Notes: generated by a model not told the origin, from the letters alone. DNA of 62,969 bases from Bacillota bacterium (GCA_003245625.1 QKCT01000106.1:1-62969), one strand, 5' to 3'. Numbered from the stretch's first letter, positions 31,087 through 40,940 are shown. Translations and numbers: made by a program.

Positions 31087-32052
31087 ATGAGGTATGATAT
31101 CCAGCAAAAAATCGATATGACAAAGGAAACCATCAAAACTTCGATGGACTCTTTTATCATGGATTCCGTTACTCAAACCTATAACGAGATTTTCCTGAAA
31201 GAATACCTCATAAACTACTTAAATCTTTTATCTCATCAAAAAGCAGAAAAGAATATTTACCTTGTTGTTATGCACGTTGATAACATCTCGAAAATCAACG
31301 TAAAGTATTCCAATAAGATCGGGGATGAAACCATTGTAAATCTTGGTTACTTACTGAGACAAATCCAATCAGAAGACGATCTTCTTTTCAAAAGCAAAGG
31401 ACCTGGGTACATCCTTCTTATTCATGATTTTCAAGGACCTAATATTAAGAACTATGTCTCGAAGTTCCAAAACGAAATTCGAAAATCAGAGATATTCATA
31501 GAACCGATTACCATTTCAGCGGCAGTGGTTTCATTGAATGATATTCAAAAGGACGGAACGGTTAATGACATTGTAAAAAGAATATTAATAAAAGCAAGTC
31601 AGCGTATCAGTTACGCGTTCGATATGCCGGATAACGCCTACTGCGACAAAGATAATGTTGTCGATCGAGTAACGTTGGGGAAGTTGTTAATTGCAGAATC
31701 CGATCCTCTTTCATTAACAATTGGGAAACGCTTCTTTGAACGAAATCAATATCGTGTTGTAGACGCTAATGACGGAGTTCTCGCTGTAAAATTGGCTAAT
31801 GAACAATTGTTCGACGCTATTATTGTTGATAGATATACATATAAATTAGATGGAATTACAGTAAAACAACATTTGAACCGTTCTTCTATTAACATGAATA
31901 CTATCTTTATCCTAACCGTACAAAATAAAGATGTTACAATTATAGAAAAAGCAAACCATATCGGAGTCGATTATGTGATTGCCAAACCAATCATTTACGA
32001 AGAAATTTTGGGTATCATCGAGCGGGAAATCAAAAAAAGGATGAAATCATAA
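31087..32052 (+). CDS. Degenerate GGDEF domain fused to C-terminal receiver (REC) domain
   Basis: GGDEF scaffold 'DSVTQTYN', 'VDNISKINVKYSNKIGD', but signature reads KGPGY; REC motifs 'LIAESD', 'IIVD', 'LDG', 'IAKP'. Confidence 0.75.
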   Translation: MRYDIQQKIDMTKETIKTSMDSFIMDSVTQTYNEIFLKEYLINYLNLLSHQKAEKNIYLVVMHVDNISKINVKYSNKIGDETIVNLGYLLRQIQSEDDLLFKSKGPGYILLIHDFQGPNIKNYVSKFQNEIRKSEIFIEPITISAAVVSLNDIQKDGTVNDIVKRILIKASQRISYAFDMPDNAYCDKDNVVDRVTLGKLLIAESDPLSLTIGKRFFERNQYRVVDANDGVLAVKLANEQLFDAIIVDRYTYKLDGITVKQHLNRSSINMNTIFILTVQNKDVTIIEKANHIGVDYVIAKPIIYEEILGIIEREIKKRMKS

Positions 32053-32054
32053 TC

Positions 32055-34946
32055 ATGGAAGTGAAAGATGTCCTCTATATTGGGGCTGTTTTAATTGTAC
32101 TTTGTTTGATTTTGATTGGATTGATTTTCTTTCAAAAAGCTTGGTTTTCTTTTCAAAAGAAACAAAGCATAAGAATTCAAGATCAATTGATGAGAAGAGT
32201 CGTCTTTTATGAAGATATAGCAATCCAAGGAAGACCAAGACCTCTCTTAAAAAACTTATATATACTGACTCAAAAAGTGAAGCTTCATCAGGATTCTCTT
32301 GATGCCGCTTACAATATCCTATTAAAGAGAAAAACAATCAAACGGTTGTTACGCGATTTAAATGTTCGAAATCAATACAAAAGAAAAAGATCGATATCCA
32401 TTTTATCGATTTTTCATAATAAGGTTACAAAGAAAGCTCTCTTAGATCGATTAAAAATCGAACAAAAAGAGCATATCAAGATTTTGATAGTGAATGGACT
32501 AAAGTTCGATATTGATTCTGAAGTATTAACCGGTATTGTAAACAGTTTGATTGCTAGTCGAAGATATTACCAACAACGGGTTATCACAATTCTAAAAAAT
32601 CACGTTAATCAAAGTGAGCAAAACCTCTCACAGTATTTTAACTCTCCGCTCATCGAAATACGAGAATCATTTATTGAGTTAGCAATTCAGATTTATCATC
32701 CTTCTTTTGAAGCGCCTCTAAAAGAAACCTTAAAAGAGATTGAAGATCATTATATCTATGGAAATTCCTTGATCCTGAAAACCATTCGAAAACCAAGAAT
32801 TGACAGATTGTATCACCAAACTTTGATTGCTCTTTCGAGTTATTATGGATATAATCTCGGGGTTCAAAAGTACTTGGCGAATGTCGACAATGAAGTCGTA
32901 CGAATCGCTTCTCAATCCATGATTAATGGCGGCACTATTGACACCATCAAAAAGCTTTTGAATTATGCAAGTATGACTTCAAGAGATGTGATCTTCTCTG
33001 ATGCAATCTATGAAATCTGTGAATTCAATAAAACTCTCTATTTAGATGTCTATCAGTTATTTACCGAGGCATCTGATCAACGAAAGCGGTATTTATTAGC
33101 TGGTATTCTTTCTCGTAGAATCGATTATTTAATGTTAACAATTCAAACAGAAAAAGAAATGGAAAGTTTGTTAACTGCTATGGTAAGAAGTAGATTTTCT
33201 ACCAATATCATCAATTGGCTCAATTTTAACAAAGATATTAAACTAGAAGATAAATTGGTTAAGATCATCACTCCTCTAGCAAAAGAAAATTATGATTTTT
33301 ATCTTGAATTAAATCAATATTTGTTACCTCGTATCTTCAAAAAATTGGGGTATATCCAAACCATTACTCATTCTAAAGCCCCATCCGAAGCAGAACCTGA
33401 TACAAGAAAAATCAGATGGTTAATCTGGATTATGGTCATTAGTTTAGCAATTGTACCTGTTTTATTTGTGGCTGTGAATTTCAGGTTAATTCTCCACTCT
33501 GATTTTGTGACGATTATTTATCAGTATATGATTCAAGTCAACATTTGGTTTATTGGATATTACCTGTTCATCAATTTATTCTATATTGTCATGGCAATCA
33601 TATCCGTGATCGAATTTAATCGTCAAAGAAGGCTTTGGGAAATCAAAAGCGAAGATTATCTTTACGAAGAGGGAATTATCGCTCCTATCTCAATTATTGT
33701 CCCCGCCTATAATGAAGCGGTTACTATCGAAGAAAGCATCCGTTCGCTCTTAAGTTTGAAGTATCCAAATTTCGAAGTGATCGTTGTAAACGACGGTTCC
33801 AAAGATAGTACGTTACAGACTATTATTGATGCCTTTGAGTTAAAAAGAATTGATTTCATCGAACACCGATTAATTGAAACTAATCAAGTAAAAGCTGTAT
33901 ACAAAAATAAGTTCTATTCCAAACTAACACTCGTTGATAAACAGAACGGTGGTAAAGCCGACGCCCTTAATGTCGGTATTAACTTCTCTAAATTCGATTA
34001 TGTATGTGGAATCGATGCGGATTCCATAATTGAGTCCGACGGTTTGTTGAAAATGATGAGTTCCGTTTTGGACCACGACGAGATTACACTAGCATTAGGG
34101 GGATCCATCGTACCAGTCAACGGAGCTACTGTGGATCACGGACGTGTTGAACGTTTCCGTTTACCACTCGATCCAATTCCTCGTTTTCAAGCAATTGAGT
34201 ATCTGCGAGCATTTAATACCGGTCGATTATCATTCTCAAGAATTCGAAGTTTACTGATTATCTCTGGAGCTTTTGGTCTATTCGAAAAAAGAATTCTGAT
34301 TGAAATCGGTGGTTATTTATCCGCTAGTTCCTTTAAAAAGAAGACTGTCGGCGAAGATATGGAATTGGTTGTAAGAATAACCAAGAAAGCGATGGAAACC
34401 AACCTAGAACATCAAGTGAAATACATACCGATGGCAAGATGTTATACAGAAGTTCCTCCGCAAGCAAAAATTCTATTTAAACAACGAAACCGTTGGCAAC
34501 GAGGATTGATTGAAACCCTTTCTTATCACCGAGATATGTTGTTCAATCCGCGTTATGGAGCAAAAGGTTTAATTGGAATGCCATACTTCTTCATCTTTGA
34601 AATGGTCGCTCCACTCGTGGAATTGCAAGTGTACATCTCGTTGATTGTCGGATTGATTATCGGTATTTTCAACGGAGTATACATGTTATTACTATTGGTT
34701 GTCACATGTCTGCTAGGCATGGTTCTCTCTTTGATTGCACTATTTGTTCAAGAGAAATATAGCGAAACATTGACCACCAAAGATACATTCGTTTTAGTGT
34801 TGTTCGCCATTATCGAAAATGTCGGGTGGCGACAAATCATGAATATCTATCGTTGTTGGGGGTTCTTCTCTTCTTTACGAGGAAATCATTCTTGGGGAAG
34901 TATGACGAGAGTCGGATTTAATAACCAACAACCAAAGTCACAATAA
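32055..34946 (+). CDS. Processive GT2 glycosyltransferase (PgaC/IcaA-like) fused to N-terminal TM plus helical HEAT-like region
   Basis: 'IVPAYNE', 'VNDGS', 'NGGKADALN', 'DADS', 'SGAFG', 'GEDMEL', QxxRW 'QRNRW'; flanking TMs; ~430-aa helical N-terminal part. Confidence 0.85.
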   Translation: MEVKDVLYIGAVLIVLCLILIGLIFFQKAWFSFQKKQSIRIQDQLMRRVVFYEDIAIQGRPRPLLKNLYILTQKVKLHQDSLDAAYNILLKRKTIKRLLRDLNVRNQYKRKRSISILSIFHNKVTKKALLDRLKIEQKEHIKILIVNGLKFDIDSEVLTGIVNSLIASRRYYQQRVITILKNHVNQSEQNLSQYFNSPLIEIRESFIELAIQIYHPSFEAPLKETLKEIEDHYIYGNSLILKTIRKPRIDRLYHQTLIALSSYYGYNLGVQKYLANVDNEVVRIASQSMINGGTIDTIKKLLNYASMTSRDVIFSDAIYEICEFNKTLYLDVYQLFTEASDQRKRYLLAGILSRRIDYLMLTIQTEKEMESLLTAMVRSRFSTNIINWLNFNKDIKLEDKLVKIITPLAKENYDFYLELNQYLLPRIFKKLGYIQTITHSKAPSEAEPDTRKIRWLIWIMVISLAIVPVLFVAVNFRLILHSDFVTIIYQYMIQVNIWFIGYYLFINLFYIVMAIISVIEFNRQRRLWEIKSEDYLYEEGIIAPISIIVPAYNEAVTIEESIRSLLSLKYPNFEVIVVNDGSKDSTLQTIIDAFELKRIDFIEHRLIETNQVKAVYKNKFYSKLTLVDKQNGGKADALNVGINFSKFDYVCGIDADSIIESDGLLKMMSSVLDHDEITLALGGSIVPVNGATVDHGRVERFRLPLDPIPRFQAIEYLRAFNTGRLSFSRIRSLLIISGAFGLFEKRILIEIGGYLSASSFKKKTVGEDMELVVRITKKAMETNLEHQVKYIPMARCYTEVPPQAKILFKQRNRWQRGLIETLSYHRDMLFNPRYGAKGLIGMPYFFIFEMVAPLVELQVYISLIVGLIIGIFNGVYMLLLLVVTCLLGMVLSLIALFVQEKYSETLTTKDTFVLVLFAIIENVGWRQIMNIYRCWGFFSSLRGNHSWGSMTRVGFNNQQPKSQ

Positions 34947-34950
34947 TCAT

Positions 34951-34989
34951 AAAAAAAGAGCAGTTTCTTGAAAACTGCTCTTTATTTTT
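34951..34989. terminator. Bidirectional terminator
   Basis: AAAGAGCAGTTT-CTTGA-AAACTGCTCTTT between convergent genes. Confidence 0.8.
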
Positions 34990-34990
34990 G

Positions 34991-36586
34991 TTAATCCATA
35001 TCAACATCGAAACTTTCTAAAACTGAATCCTTCTTAATGATTTTTGCATCCCCATGACGTACCAACATCATTGTAATGAAAGATGATAATACAAACAACG
35101 CTGCATATGGGAACAAGATCTTTCTAGAAAAGCTATCCATCAGGAATCCTGATAAAATCGGAGTCATGATTTGAGCTGCCATGCTGAATGTGTAATAGAA
35201 TCCTGTGTATTTTCCAACATCGGATCCCTTAGCCAATTCTACAACCATTGGATAGGAGTTTACATTAATTGTAGCCCATGAAATACCAGTCAATCCGAAG
35301 ATAGCATACATAATGAATGCAGTATCAGGAGTAAGGAAGTATACAGAACCAAAGCACAATGTTAACATCAATATACCAATTAAAATTGTTTTTCTTCTAC
35401 CAATCTTAGTGGCAATAATACCAATTGGGATAAATGCGATTAACGCAGCTCCTTGTGCAATCAAAAGCGGGAGAGAGAATCCCATTTCTAATACTTTAGG
35501 AGCATAGTCGGATAATTTTGTCGTAACAGCATTATATCCCGTGAACCAAAGGAATACCGATGCAAGAATCAAGAATAAAGATTTTCTCTTGTCTTTTCCA
35601 AGTTCTTCTACGGATTCGTTTAGTTCTTCCGCTTCCGCTTCTTCGGTTAGTCCTAATTGAAGATCCAAATCTTCGCGATCTTTTACCAGTTTTGGCTCTT
35701 TGACTTTCCATAAGAAGATGCCTAATAATATCAACATTAGTATACCAACGCTAATGAATGCCGGAGCGTAACTAACATAAGATAAGTTATCTAGTGCATA
35801 TACTTTTAATACAATGATTGCTAAAATACCACCAAATGTTCCCATCAGGTTAATGACCGCATTTGCTTTAGAGCGTAATGGTTTAATCGTGACATCCGGC
35901 ATCAAAGCAACTGCAGGAGAACGGAATGTTGCCATCGCTAATAAAGCAACCAATAAATTGACCACAAAAACAACAAAGACAGTTGGAGATTGAGCCGTCT
36001 CAATCCAAGCTCTTTGGTTAACATGATCATAGAACAACTCTTTTAACTGATCCTCTTCCGCTTGGGTAATATCAGAATCTGTTAAATAATCATCCATCGC
36101 AGATATGATTTCTTCATCCACGCTATTGTATTTTTCTAGAGTAATAATTCCCTGATTCAACAACCCAGTCCATTCAGTATCCATTGCGGTTTGGATGGTA
36201 AGCCACTCTGTTTGAGTAATATCGTCATCTTGAATCAATTGATAGTCTTCTACAATACTGGTTTCTGTTTCTAATTTCGCTGTTTGATAGTGATCACTAA
36301 AAGATAATCCCATAAAAGCAAAAGCAGCTACGATTGTACCTACAACAATATAAGGGGTTCTTCTGCCTCGTTTAGATTTTTGCTTATCAGACAACATTCC
36401 AAAAAGTGGAATTAGGAATAAAGCTAAGATGTTGTCCAAAGCCATAATCAAACCGGACCAAGTTTGGTTCATACCAAATTTATCAATTAAAATCTTTGTG
36501 ATGACAGAATCATAGGTTTGCCAAAATAGCGAGATTAAAAAAAAGGCTAAACCTACATAGAACGTTTTCTTGTAATCTAATTTCAT
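34991..36586 (-). CDS. MFS transporter (glycoside/sugar, MalT/SLC45-like) with large loop insertion
   Basis: 'FG.LSDK...GRRTPYI', 'RSPAVALMPD', 'KIGRRKTI', 'G.YTGFYYTFSM'. Confidence 0.85.
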   Translation of the reverse strand: MKLDYKKTFYVGLAFFLISLFWQTYDSVITKILIDKFGMNQTWSGLIMALDNILALFLIPLFGMLSDKQKSKRGRRTPYIVVGTIVAAFAFMGLSFSDHYQTAKLETETSIVEDYQLIQDDDITQTEWLTIQTAMDTEWTGLLNQGIITLEKYNSVDEEIISAMDDYLTDSDITQAEEDQLKELFYDHVNQRAWIETAQSPTVFVVFVVNLLVALLAMATFRSPAVALMPDVTIKPLRSKANAVINLMGTFGGILAIIVLKVYALDNLSYVSYAPAFISVGILMLILLGIFLWKVKEPKLVKDREDLDLQLGLTEEAEAEELNESVEELGKDKRKSLFLILASVFLWFTGYNAVTTKLSDYAPKVLEMGFSLPLLIAQGAALIAFIPIGIIATKIGRRKTILIGILMLTLCFGSVYFLTPDTAFIMYAIFGLTGISWATINVNSYPMVVELAKGSDVGKYTGFYYTFSMAAQIMTPILSGFLMDSFSRKILFPYAALFVLSSFITMMLVRHGDAKIIKKDSVLESFDVDMD

Positions 36587-36649
36587 ACTGCACCTCTATT
36601 CCATTTTATTAAATATCATTATATCATTTTTTCGTCTAGAAAAAACCAA

Positions 36650-36681
36650 AGAAAAAGAAAAGCGTTCAAATTTGAACGCTT
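36650..36681 (-). terminator. Intrinsic terminator
   Basis: Perfect palindrome AGCGTTCAAATTTGAACGCT followed by a T-rich run on the minus strand. Confidence 0.7.
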
Positions 36682-37216
36682 ATATTGTTTGTGCTTTACT
36701 TGCGATGTACTTGATTGCCACTTCGTTATATTTATTGACATCCAATTTATTCGTAATCGCTTTTGGATTTCCTTCTGTATAAATATCGAAATGTAAGGTT
36801 TTCTTTTTGGAAAACATTAAAATCAAAGTGATCGCCACAACGAATCCAACACTAATGTACTTAATATAAGGTTGGAATGGAATGGAAGCCGGAACAGGAA
36901 TTCGTCCCATATAAAGAAGGTATCCTGCATAGAGAGCCCCTAACATCAATAAGAAGCCAATCAAACGAATCCAAATGTTATTGTTGATAACTTCGATATA
37001 GTATTCCATTCTGTTGATGGATTTTAAACTGATTTCATTCATTTTCTTCACTCTTGCGTTTTTTCCGCGAGTAAGATGTCCAGAGGAGAAAATAACCAAT
37101 CGTCTTGTAGTCATTAGAATTTGACAGGAATAACCCTTCGCATTCATTTTGCGAAAATCTTTGAAGATTTTTTCTCCGCGATCCAATTGAATGTTTTTTA
37201 AGATATTGTTTTTCAT
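36680..37216 (-). CDS. Hypothetical membrane protein (2 TM)
   Basis: 178-aa ORF, RBS GGAGGGG, two hydrophobic segments. Confidence 0.7.
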   Translation of the reverse strand: MKNNILKNIQLDRGEKIFKDFRKMNAKGYSCQILMTTRRLVIFSSGHLTRGKNARVKKMNEISLKSINRMEYYIEVINNNIWIRLIGFLLMLGALYAGYLLYMGRIPVPASIPFQPYIKYISVGFVVAITLILMFSKKKTLHFDIYTEGNPKAITNKLDVNKYNEVAIKYIASKAQTI

Positions 37217-37296
37217 TTGGTCTACCCCTCCTATTTGATATTGTACTCTAAATCTGGTTCGATTTCAATAATGCAAATTAAAATCAACTGTTTCTA

Positions 37297-39996
37297 CTAT
37301 TCAATCTTGTCTTTAATAATTTTGGTTAAGTCTCCAAAGATTAATGGGATAAAACCTAAACCGACAGCAATCCCAATTTCTAAAATTGTTGGAGCTTGAA
37401 CTTGGAATACATTAGCTATTGGTGGAATGAAAATAACCAAAGCAAGCAATGCCAATGCACCAAATACGGAATAGTTAACTGCGCGGTTGGCAAATGGATT
37501 TGTTTCAAAAACAAACTTTGTTTCAGAACGAGCAGAGTAAGTACGGAATAATTCACCAAAAATAATTGTGATAAAGATCATTGTACGAGCATAGATCTCA
37601 TTTCCAGGTTCCATAATCAGCCCTATTTTAAAGCTCAATAAGGAAGCGAGCATAACTCCACTACCTTGAATGAATACTTTTATCAAAGTTGGTTTGTTAA
37701 GGATTTTCTCATTGGTGTTGCGTGGAGGTAAATCCATGATATTTTTTTCGCCTTTTTCCATTCCCAATGCAAAAGCTGGGAAGGCATCAGTCATCAAGTT
37801 GATCCATAATAGATGAATCGCCAATAACGGAATTAACCCACCGAAGAACTTACTGAAGATCATCGCAACCAAAATGACAAGGATTTCTCCAATGTTACAT
37901 GATACCAAATAGATCGTAAATTTACGAATATTCGAATAGATAATTCGCCCCTCTTCGACCGCAGCTACGATGGAAGCGAAATTATCATCCGTTAATATCA
38001 TGTTGCTGGCTTCTTTGGATACTTCGGTACCGGTTATTCCCATTGCTACACCGATTTCTGCTTGTTTTAAAGCAGGCGAGTCATTGACTCCATCACCGGT
38101 CATAGCAACGATTTCTCCATTTTTTTGTAGTATCTCTACAATGCGAATTTTGTCTGCAGGGGTGCTTCTTGCAAATACATCGCAATTCATAATTGCATCT
38201 TCAAATTCTTCATCGGTCATATCTTTGGTATCTTCACCGGATAAAGCAATATGTCCTGGTTTTAGAATATTTAATTCTGTAGCAATGGCTTTCGCTGTTG
38301 TCAAATGGTCTCCTGTAATCATCATAACTCGAATACCAGCTTTATGACATTTCGCAATTGCATCTTTCGCTTCCTCTCTTGGAGGATCGATCATTGCTGT
38401 CAACCCAAGGAAGATTAAATCTTGTTCCAAATCATTGGATTTTGGTGTGTCTGTTTCTCGATATGCATAACCTAAAACTCGGAATGCATTCTCAGAATAC
38501 TCTTCGTTCTTCTTTAAAATCATGTCGATATCTTTTTGAGTAATCGGGCGAACTTCGCCTTTTATGCTTATTCGATTACATTGCTTGATCAATTGATCAC
38601 AAGCACCTTTGGTCAAAACTAGATACTTGTCATCTATCTGATTGATGGAAGACATCATTTTACGTGTAGAATCAAAAGTATATTCATTCACTTGAGGATA
38701 AGTTTTTTCTTTCTTATTTAATTCATAACCGCCTTTGGCTGCTAAAACCAATAACGCACCTTCGGTTGGATCTCCTAGAACCTTGTCTGTGCTTTCGATT
38801 TTTGCATCATTACAAAGCAAACAAACTTTTAACATTAGATCAAGATTTCCTTGAATACTAACTGATTTTTCTTTCGAAAGGATTTCTCCCTTTAAGGAGT
38901 ATCCAGTTCCAGTAACATCATATTCTTGATCTAAATCGAATACTTTTTTAACAGTCATTTCATTTTGTGTCAAAGTACCTGTTTTATCAGAACAAATTAC
39001 TGTGGCTTGACCAAGAGTCTCCACAGTGGATAGATTCTTAATGATTGCGTGTCTTTTAACCATGCGTTGCATACCTAGTGCTAGCACGACTGTAATAACG
39101 GCAGTTAAACCTTCTGGAATTGCAGCTACTGCCAAAGCAATTGCGGTAAGGAAAATTTCAAATGGATCTTTTTGTTCCAATAGCCCAAGGCCAAACACTA
39201 GGACAGAAACGCCAATACAAATGATTCCCAACATTTTCGCAAATTGGTCAATTGTTTTTTGCAAAGGAGTTTTACCTTCTTTGACATCATCTAACATGGT
39301 TGCGATTTTACCGATTTCGGTTTGCATTCCGATTTCAGTGATGATTCCTTTTCCTTTCCCATATGTAATTAAAGTAGACATATAAACTGAATTTGCACGT
39401 TCAGCCAAAACTTTTTCTTCTTCGAACAGCAAAGCAGCGTCTTTTTCTACCGGAGTCGATTCACCGGTCAATGCAGATTCATCACTGCGTAAGTTCGTTG
39501 ACTCTAGTAATCGAATATCTGCGGCCACAAAATCACCAGTTTCTAGTAATACAATATCCCCTACAGTCAATTGCGGAGATGCAACTTCAACCGCTTTTCC
39601 ATCACGCAAAACTTTTGCGTTTGGAGAACTCATTTTTTTCAAAGCTGCTAAAGCATTATTGGCTCTTTGTTCTTGGATCACTCCAAGCACTGCATTTAGA
39701 ATAACGATTGCCAAAATAACGATTCCGTCTATGAAATCTCCTATCCCAACATTCCCGTTTCCTTCAAAAAAAGGTAGTGCAATTGAGATTGCAGCAGCAA
39801 ACAATAAGATAATAACCAAGAAGTCTTTGAACTGTTCAACGAACATTTCAAATAAAGTTGTTTTCTTCTTTTCTCTTAATTCATTGAGACCATATAGCTC
39901 TTGGCGCTTTTGTACTTCTTCCGTCGATAATCCTTGCTCGATATCGACCCCTAGTTCTTCCAATACTGATGTAGTCGTTTTCTGATAGTCTTTCAT
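37297..39996 (-). CDS. P-type ATPase, type IIA (Ca2+/Mn2+ transporting)
   Basis: 'TGES', 'AAIPEGL', phosphorylation site 'DKTGTLT', 'KGA', 'DPPR', 'MTGDGVND'. Confidence 0.93.
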   Translation of the reverse strand: MKDYQKTTTSVLEELGVDIEQGLSTEEVQKRQELYGLNELREKKKTTLFEMFVEQFKDFLVIILLFAAAISIALPFFEGNGNVGIGDFIDGIVILAIVILNAVLGVIQEQRANNALAALKKMSSPNAKVLRDGKAVEVASPQLTVGDIVLLETGDFVAADIRLLESTNLRSDESALTGESTPVEKDAALLFEEEKVLAERANSVYMSTLITYGKGKGIITEIGMQTEIGKIATMLDDVKEGKTPLQKTIDQFAKMLGIICIGVSVLVFGLGLLEQKDPFEIFLTAIALAVAAIPEGLTAVITVVLALGMQRMVKRHAIIKNLSTVETLGQATVICSDKTGTLTQNEMTVKKVFDLDQEYDVTGTGYSLKGEILSKEKSVSIQGNLDLMLKVCLLCNDAKIESTDKVLGDPTEGALLVLAAKGGYELNKKEKTYPQVNEYTFDSTRKMMSSINQIDDKYLVLTKGACDQLIKQCNRISIKGEVRPITQKDIDMILKKNEEYSENAFRVLGYAYRETDTPKSNDLEQDLIFLGLTAMIDPPREEAKDAIAKCHKAGIRVMMITGDHLTTAKAIATELNILKPGHIALSGEDTKDMTDEEFEDAIMNCDVFARSTPADKIRIVEILQKNGEIVAMTGDGVNDSPALKQAEIGVAMGITGTEVSKEASNMILTDDNFASIVAAVEEGRIIYSNIRKFTIYLVSCNIGEILVILVAMIFSKFFGGLIPLLAIHLLWINLMTDAFPAFALGMEKGEKNIMDLPPRNTNEKILNKPTLIKVFIQGSGVMLASLLSFKIGLIMEPGNEIYARTMIFITIIFGELFRTYSARSETKFVFETNPFANRAVNYSVFGALALLALVIFIPPIANVFQVQAPTILEIGIAVGLGFIPLIFGDLTKIIKDKIE

Positions 39997-40021
39997 AGTT
40001 TATTCCTTTCCGTCTTTTAAA

Positions 40022-40054
40022 GAAAAAGACTTACGCACTGCTGTGCATAAGTCT
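40022..40054 (-). terminator. Riboswitch expression-platform terminator
   Basis: Minus strand AGACTTATGCAC-AGCA-GTGCGTAAGTCT-TTTT; its 5' arm overlaps the 3' strand of aptamer P1. Confidence 0.8.
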
Positions 40055-40128
40055 CGCTGTTAAAAATTAAACCAGGCATTATACCATGATGTTGATTTAA
40101 TCACGCATGCGTCAGCTACTCCCTTATG
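40046..40128 (-). ncRNA. yybP-ykoY (Mn2+-sensing) riboswitch
   Basis: Minus strand CATAAG-GGAGTA-GCTG...GATTAAATCA-ACATCAT-GGTA-TAA-TGCC-TGGTTTAATT...CAGC-GAGA-CTTATG matches the P1/L1 and P3/L3 pattern; upstream of a P-type ATPase. Confidence 0.88.
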
Positions 40129-40181
40129 GGCTTATCATGTAATATTATACTATAATATTCGTGAAATTCTACACGCAATTC

Positions 40182-40931
40182 TTAATTTGATGATTTTTTT
40201 ACCTTGTCAACAATTGGTTTATAATGGTTGATTAACAATTCAAAGAGCAATGCAAGTACAACAAGTAGTAAGGTCCATGCGAATACTTGGTCAAAATTGA
40301 GATTTACTTTCGCCAAATACAATTGATTCCCAATTGATTTTTTTGTCTGAGACAGATATTCCGCCATAACTAGCACCTTGATACCCAATCCCAATGATTG
40401 TAATAAGGCTGTTCTGATACTAGATGAAATCAAAGGGAAATAACAATGGAATAATCCAGTCCAAAAATGGTTATCTTCTAATTTATAAACATCGATAAGT
40501 TCTTTGTCGAGATTTTGAATGGCACCTAATGTTCCTTGATAGATTAACGGAAAGAGCATTAAGAATGTAATAAAATATGGGGTCAATTCAAAACCAAAAG
40601 CTATTAATAATATCACCGTTATAGAGATAACTGGTATCGTGCGAAAAACAGTCACAATCGGATTGAAGAAAACCGCAAAACCTTGTTTAAATCCTGCTAA
40701 AATTCCTAGCAACAATCCCGCTACACTGGCTAAAATTAAACCAACCAATAAACGCAATATTGTGTGCAATATCGCGGATAAAGAAGAAGTATGAAGAAAG
40801 ATGTTGCCAAAGGCTATCAGTACGTCTTCGAATCTTGGCAGTAATAATGGATTATCAATCCATATACCTGCGATGACCCAAGTCAGAAACAAGACAAATA
40901 CCGAAAGAATCGTCAATCCTGTTTTTTTCAA
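40182..40931 (-). CDS. ABC transporter permease, NitT/TauT/SsuC family
   Basis: 'LLP....V', 'T..R...G', 'FRTIPVIS', 'GIKVLVMAE', 'IGNQL'; TTG start with RBS AAGGTG. Confidence 0.85.
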   Translation of the reverse strand: MKKTGLTILSVFVLFLTWVIAGIWIDNPLLLPRFEDVLIAFGNIFLHTSSLSAILHTILRLLVGLILASVAGLLLGILAGFKQGFAVFFNPIVTVFRTIPVISITVILLIAFGFELTPYFITFLMLFPLIYQGTLGAIQNLDKELIDVYKLEDNHFWTGLFHCYFPLISSSIRTALLQSLGLGIKVLVMAEYLSQTKKSIGNQLYLAKVNLNFDQVFAWTLLLVVLALLFELLINHYKPIVDKVKKSSN

Positions 40932-40940
40932 CCTATCACC

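Noticed and set aside
31087-32052. Active diguanylate cyclase
   Set aside because: The GG(D/E)EF signature is replaced by KGPGY and the first metal-binding Asp appears to be His
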